DNA from: Limnohabitans sp. Rim8
GTDB taxonomy: Bacteria > Pseudomonadota > Gammaproteobacteria > Burkholderiales > Burkholderiaceae_C
NCBI GenBank assembly: GCA_945897795.1
Contig: CAMDFT010000002.1
Span: 12,277-76,276 of the forward strand
DNA length: 64,000 nt
Direction: 5' to 3'
Shown here: in pieces, positions 59,899-64,000 of the stretch
Numbering within the stretch: the stretch's first letter is position 1
How the letters are laid out: every line of letters begins with the position of its first letter
Program-made: the position numbers and the translations under genes
The notes under the pieces: model-generated
Databases searched by the model: none
What the model saw: only the letters and a program-made list of their open reading frames with translations
Told to the model about the DNA's origin: nothing

Positions 59899-62826
59899 TT
59901 AAAGCAAGCGCTTTAAATAGTGCCCCGTGAAGCTCGCCTTGTTTTTGGCCAGTTGTTCGGGCGTGCCTTCGCCCAGCACCGCGCCGCCGCCCGCGCCGCC
60001 TTCGGGCCCCATGTCGATCAGCCAGTCGGCGGTTTTGATGACGTCGAGGTTGTGTTCGATGATGACGATGGTATTGCCTGCATCGCGCAGTTGGTGCAGC
60101 ACTTTGAGCAGCAGGTCGATGTCGGCAAAGTGCAGGCCGGTGGTGGGTTCGTCCAGGATGTAGAGCGTGCGGCCGGTGTCGCGCTTGGACAGCTCGAGTG
60201 CCAACTTGACGCGTTGGGCCTCACCGCCTGAGAGCGTGGTCGCGCTTTGGCCCAGGCGGATGTAGGTTAGGCCCACGTCGAGCAGGGTTTGCAGCTTGCG
60301 CGCGATGTTGGGCACAGCGCTGAAGAACTGGTGCGCGGCTTCCACCGTCATGTTCAGGATCTGCGCGATGTTTTGGCCCTTGTATTGCACCTCGAGTGTT
60401 TCGCGGTTGTAGCGCATGCCGTGGCACACGTCGCAGGGCACGTACACGTCGGGCAAAAAGTGCATCTCCACCTTCACCATGCCGTCGCCTTGGCAGGCCT
60501 CGCAGCGGCCACCGGTCACGTTGAAGCTGAAGCGCCCGGGGCCGTAGCCGCGCTCACGGGCCGCGGGCACTTCGGCCATCAGCTCGCGGATGTGGGTGAA
60601 CAGGCCCGTGTACGTGGCGGGGTTGCTGCGCGGCGTGCGGCCAATGGGCGACTGGTCGACGTTGATGACTTTGTCGAAGTGCTCCAGTCCTTTGATCTCT
60701 TCGTGCGCGGCGGCATCGCCCTGGGCGCGGTGGATCTGGTGCGCGGCTGCGGTGTAGAGCGTGTCGTTGACCAAGGTGGATTTGCCCGAGCCCGACACAC
60801 CCGTCACGCAAGTGAGCAAGCCCACGGGGAATTTCACGTTCACATTTTTCAGGTTGTTGCCCGAAGCGCCAACGATCTCGATGAAGTCCTTGCCCGCTTT
60901 GTGGCGTTGGGGGATCTCGATTTTTTTGCGGCCCGACATGTACTGGCCGGTGACCGAATCGGGCGCGGCCAGGATGTCGGCACAAGTGCCTTGCGCCATC
61001 ACGCGCCCGCCGTGCACGCCCGCGCCAGGCCCCATGTCGATCACATGGTCGGCCACGCGGATCATGTCTTCGTCGTGCTCGACCACCAGCACGCTGTTGC
61101 CGATGTCGCGCAGGTGTTGCAGCGTGCCGATCAGGCGGTCGTTGTCGCGCTGGTGCAGGCCAATGCTGGGTTCGTCCAGCACGTACATCACGCCTGTGAG
61201 GCCGGAGCCGATCTGGCTGGCCAGTCGAATGCGTTGGGATTCGCCGCCCGAGAGGGTGTCAGCGCTGCGGTCCAGGCTCAAATAATTCAGGCCCACGTCG
61301 TTCAAGAACTTCAGGCGCAGTGCAATTTCGCGCACCACCTTGTCGGCGATCTCAGCCTTGGCGCCATGCATTTTCAGGCCCTGAAAATACTGCTGCGATT
61401 CGCCCAGCGTGATGTGGCTGATTTCATAAATGGCGCGGGCTTGCGCGCCTTCGCCAATGCGCACATGCCGCGCCTCGCGCCGCAGACGCGTGCCGTGGCA
61501 GCTGGTGCAGGCCTGCATGTTTCGGTAACGTGCCAGGTCTTCGCGCACCACGGCCGAGTCGGTCTCGCGGTAGCGCCGCGTCATGTTGGGGATGATCCCT
61601 TCAAACGGATGCTTCTTGCTGACCTTCTTGCCTTGCGAGGCCCCGGGCTCCAGGCGATAGCTGAACTTGATGTCCTCCAGCCCCGAGCCGTGCAGCAGCA
61701 CTTGCTGGTGAATCGGTGCGAGTTTTTCAAACGGCGTTTCGATGTCGAACTGGTAATGCTTGGCCAGGCTTTCGAGCATGCTGAAGTAAAAGCCGTTGCG
61801 CCGGTCCCAACCCTTGATGGCCCCGCTGGCCAAGCTGAGTGACGGAAAGGCGACCACGCGTTCCGGGTCAAAAAACGCCATGCTGCCAATGCCATCGCAA
61901 GTGGGGCACGCGCCCATGGGCGAGTTGAATGAGAACAACCTCGGCTCCAGCTCGCTGATGGAATAGGTGCACACCGGGCAAGAGAACTTGGCGTTGAACA
62001 GGTGTTCTTTGCCCGTGTCCATCTCGAGTGCCACAGCGCGGTGCTCGGCCAGGTGCAGCGCGGCTTCAAAGCTTTCGGCCAGGCGCTGGCGCAGGGCGTC
62101 GCGCGCTTTGGCGTCCTCTTCAGACCTGACCTTGATGCGGTCTACCACCACGTCGATGTTGTGTTTTTCGGTCTTCTTGAGCGCGGGCAGGTCTTCTACC
62201 TCTACGGTCTGGCCGTTGATGCGAAAGCGCACATAGCCCAGGGCCTGCATCTGCTCAAAGACTTTTTCAAACTCGCCTTTTTTCTCGCGGGCAATGGGCG
62301 CCAAGATCATGAGCTTGGTATCTTCGGGCAGGGCCAACACCGCGTCCACCATCTGGCTCACGGTCTGCGCTTGCAGCGGCAGGTTGTGGTCGGGGCAATA
62401 CGGCGTGCCCGCGCGGGCATAAAGCAAGCGCAGGTAGTCGTGGATCTCGGTCACCGTGCCCACGGTGGAACGGGGGTTGTGGCTCGTGGCTTTTTGCTCG
62501 ATGGAGATCGCAGGCGACAGGCCCTCGATCAGGTCCACATCGGGCTTGTCCATCAGCTGCAAGAACTGCCGCGCATAGGCCGACAGGCTTTCCACATAGC
62601 GGCGCTGACCTTCGGCGTACAGCGTGTCAAAAGCCAGGCTCGACTTGCCCGAGCCCGACAAGCCAGTGATCACCACCAGCTGGTTGCGTGGGATGTCGAG
62701 GTCGATGTTTTTGAGGTTGTGGGTGCGCGCACCCCGCACGCTGATGTGGGTTTGCCGCAGCGCTGAGGCCAGATACCGCGAGGGTTCGGGTTCGTCAGGC
62801 AAAAGAGGGGAGTCAGCAAGTTTCAC
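59899..62826 (-). CDS. uvrA: Excinuclease ABC subunit A
   Basis: [19 protein letters not shown], two ABC cassettes with LSGGE, Zn fingers; start uncertain (GTG 62826 chosen, ORF open to 62919). Confidence 0.98.
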   Translation of the reverse strand: MKLADSPLLPDEPEPSRYLASALRQTHISVRGARTHNLKNIDLDIPRNQLVVITGLSGSGKSSLAFDTLYAEGQRRYVESLSAYARQFLQLMDKPDVDLIEGLSPAISIEQKATSHNPRSTVGTVTEIHDYLRLLYARAGTPYCPDHNLPLQAQTVSQMVDAVLALPEDTKLMILAPIAREKKGEFEKVFEQMQALGYVRFRINGQTVEVEDLPALKKTEKHNIDVVVDRIKVRSEEDAKARDALRQRLAESFEAALHLAEHRAVALEMDTGKEHLFNAKFSCPVCTYSISELEPRLFSFNSPMGACPTCDGIGSMAFFDPERVVAFPSLSLASGAIKGWDRRNGFYFSMLESLAKHYQFDIETPFEKLAPIHQQVLLHGSGLEDIKFSYRLEPGASQGKKVSKKHPFEGIIPNMTRRYRETDSAVVREDLARYRNMQACTSCHGTRLRREARHVRIGEGAQARAIYEISHITLGESQQYFQGLKMHGAKAEIADKVVREIALRLKFLNDVGLNYLSLDRSADTLSGGESQRIRLASQIGSGLTGVMYVLDEPSIGLHQRDNDRLIGTLQHLRDIGNSVLVVEHDEDMIRVADHVIDMGPGAGVHGGRVMAQGTCADILAAPDSVTGQYMSGRKKIEIPQRHKAGKDFIEIVGASGNNLKNVNVKFPVGLLTCVTGVSGSGKSTLVNDTLYTAAAHQIHRAQGDAAAHEEIKGLEHFDKVINVDQSPIGRTPRSNPATYTGLFTHIRELMAEVPAARERGYGPGRFSFNVTGGRCEACQGDGMVKVEMHFLPDVYVPCDVCHGMRYNRETLEVQYKGQNIAQILNMTVEAAHQFFSAVPNIARKLQTLLDVGLTYIRLGQSATTLSGGEAQRVKLALELSKRDTGRTLYILDEPTTGLHFADIDLLLKVLHQLRDAGNTIVIIEHNLDVIKTADWLIDMGPEGGAGGGAVLGEGTPEQLAKNKASFTGHYLKRLL

Positions 62827-62976
62827 GGTGGCGGTCAGAACGGCAAAACCTTTGATTATCCCCGCTGGGGCATTGACAGTCACTGGGTGCTGCCAATCAA
62901 GGACAATCGCACGCTTCATTCCCCCTGTTTTGGGCTTTGTGTGGCCGACCTTTCGCAGACATCTTCTGATTTGGAC

Positions 62977-64000
62977 ATGACGCCCACCGAGCGGCGCGCC
63001 AGTGCTTCACTGGGGGGTATTTTTGCTTTGCGCATGTTGGGGTTGTTTCTGGTTTTGCCGGTGTTCGCCCTGGAAGCACGCCGATACCCTGGTGGCGAAG
63101 ACCCCCTATGGCTGGGTCTGGCCATGGGCATATACGGGCTGACGCAAGGCCTGTTGCAGTTGCCGTTTGGCATGGCTTCGGACCGTTTTGGGCGCAAGCG
63201 GGTGATCGTGCTGGGCCTGATCGTTTTTGCCTTGGGAAGTTTTTGGGCGGCTGCAGCCACCGATCTGATGCACCTGCTGTTGGGGCGCAGTTTACAAGGG
63301 GCCGGGGCCGTGTCGGCAGCGGTGACCGCCATGTTGGCCGATTTGACGCGGGACGAGGTGCGCACCCGAGCCATGGCGTGGTTGGGCAGCACCATCGCGA
63401 CCATGTTTGCCCTGTCTTTGGTGGTGGCCCCTGTGCTGACGGTCTGGATTGGCTTTTCGGGGCTGTTCTGGTTGACCGGGGCGCTGGCGCTGCTGGGCGT
63501 GGGGGTGGTGATCTGGTGGGTACCGCCTGCACCGCCGCCTGCGACGGGAGAAGTTCGTGGGCGGCTGACCGATGTGCTGGCCCATGCCGACTTGATGCGC
63601 CTGAATCTGGGGGTGTTTGTGCTGCACGCGGTGCAATTGGCCATGTGGGTGGCGGTGCCGTCCTTGCTGGTGCAGGCGGGCCTGAACAAATCGCTGCATT
63701 GGCAGTTGTATTTGCCAGTGGTGGTGCTGTCCTTGTTGTTTTTAGGCGTGGTGTTGGCCATGGAACGGCGAGGGCACTTGAAAAAAATGTTTCTGCTCTC
63801 CATTGGCCTGATCGCTGTGGTGCAGGTGGGTTTGCTGGTGCAGTCGCTGGGCACGCCCAGCCTCGGCGGTCTGGCTGTCATGTTGCTGGTGTTTTTCTGC
63901 GGCTTCAATGCGCTGGAGGCGACCCTGCCCAGCCTGGCCTCGCTCATCGCACCCCAGGCCATGCGTGGTGCTGCCCTGGGGGTTTACAACACCGTGCAGT
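62977..64000 (+). CDS. MFS transporter (YajR-like), partial, runs off window end
   Basis: [36 protein letters not shown] motif [10 protein letters not shown]; divergent from uvrA. Confidence 0.9.
   Translation, partial: MTPTERRASASLGGIFALRMLGLFLVLPVFALEARRYPGGEDPLWLGLAMGIYGLTQGLLQLPFGMASDRFGRKRVIVLGLIVFALGSFWAAAATDLMHLLLGRSLQGAGAVSAAVTAMLADLTRDEVRTRAMAWLGSTIATMFALSLVVAPVLTVWIGFSGLFWLTGALALLGVGVVIWWVPPAPPPATGEVRGRLTDVLAHADLMRLNLGVFVLHAVQLAMWVAVPSLLVQAGLNKSLHWQLYLPVVVLSLLFLGVVLAMERRGHLKKMFLLSIGLIAVVQVGLLVQSLGTPSLGGLAVMLLVFFCGFNALEATLPSLASLIAPQAMRGAALGVYNTVQ

Noticed and set aside
62827-62976. LexA box upstream of uvrA
   Set aside because: No convincing CTGT-N8-ACAG match found by eye

Overview
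GC-rich betaproteobacterial chromosome segment. Gene style and order look Comamonadaceae/Limnohabitans-like (inference, no database search). 1-15.2 kb: division/cell-wall (dcw) cluster from the ftsI 3' end through murE-murF-mraY-murD-ftsW-murG-murC-ddl-ftsQ-ftsA-ftsZ-lpxC. 15.2-43.6 kb: mostly accessory catabolism. This includes EamA plus amidase, a GntR-associated minus-strand operon (CoA-transferase, two crotonases, SsuABC-type ABC transporter, PuuE-like deacetylase, atypical SDR, MmgE/PrpD), pyrF, an IclR-associated KstD-like flavoprotein/SDR/Liv-ABC operon, an acyl-CoA ligase and two serine hydrolases. 43.7-57.1 kb: an island-like block bracketed by two diverged copies of the 5' end of one serine-hydrolase gene. 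It opens with what appears to be a gutted IS91-family transposase shell (SOS-like box upstream) wrapped around a Bug/TctC gene, then carries a GlxA regulator, a GcvT-domain flavoprotein, an amidohydrolase and a Dpp-type ABC transporter. 57.4-64 kb: MerR, thioesterase, yefM-yoeB, CYTH, glutaredoxin, uvrA and a partial MFS gene. No tRNA, rRNA or CRISPR array was seen. Several degenerate gene-end duplications, a 122-bp tandem promoter duplication and REP-like palindromes mark recombination junctions. All family calls come from motif recognition, not from searches.
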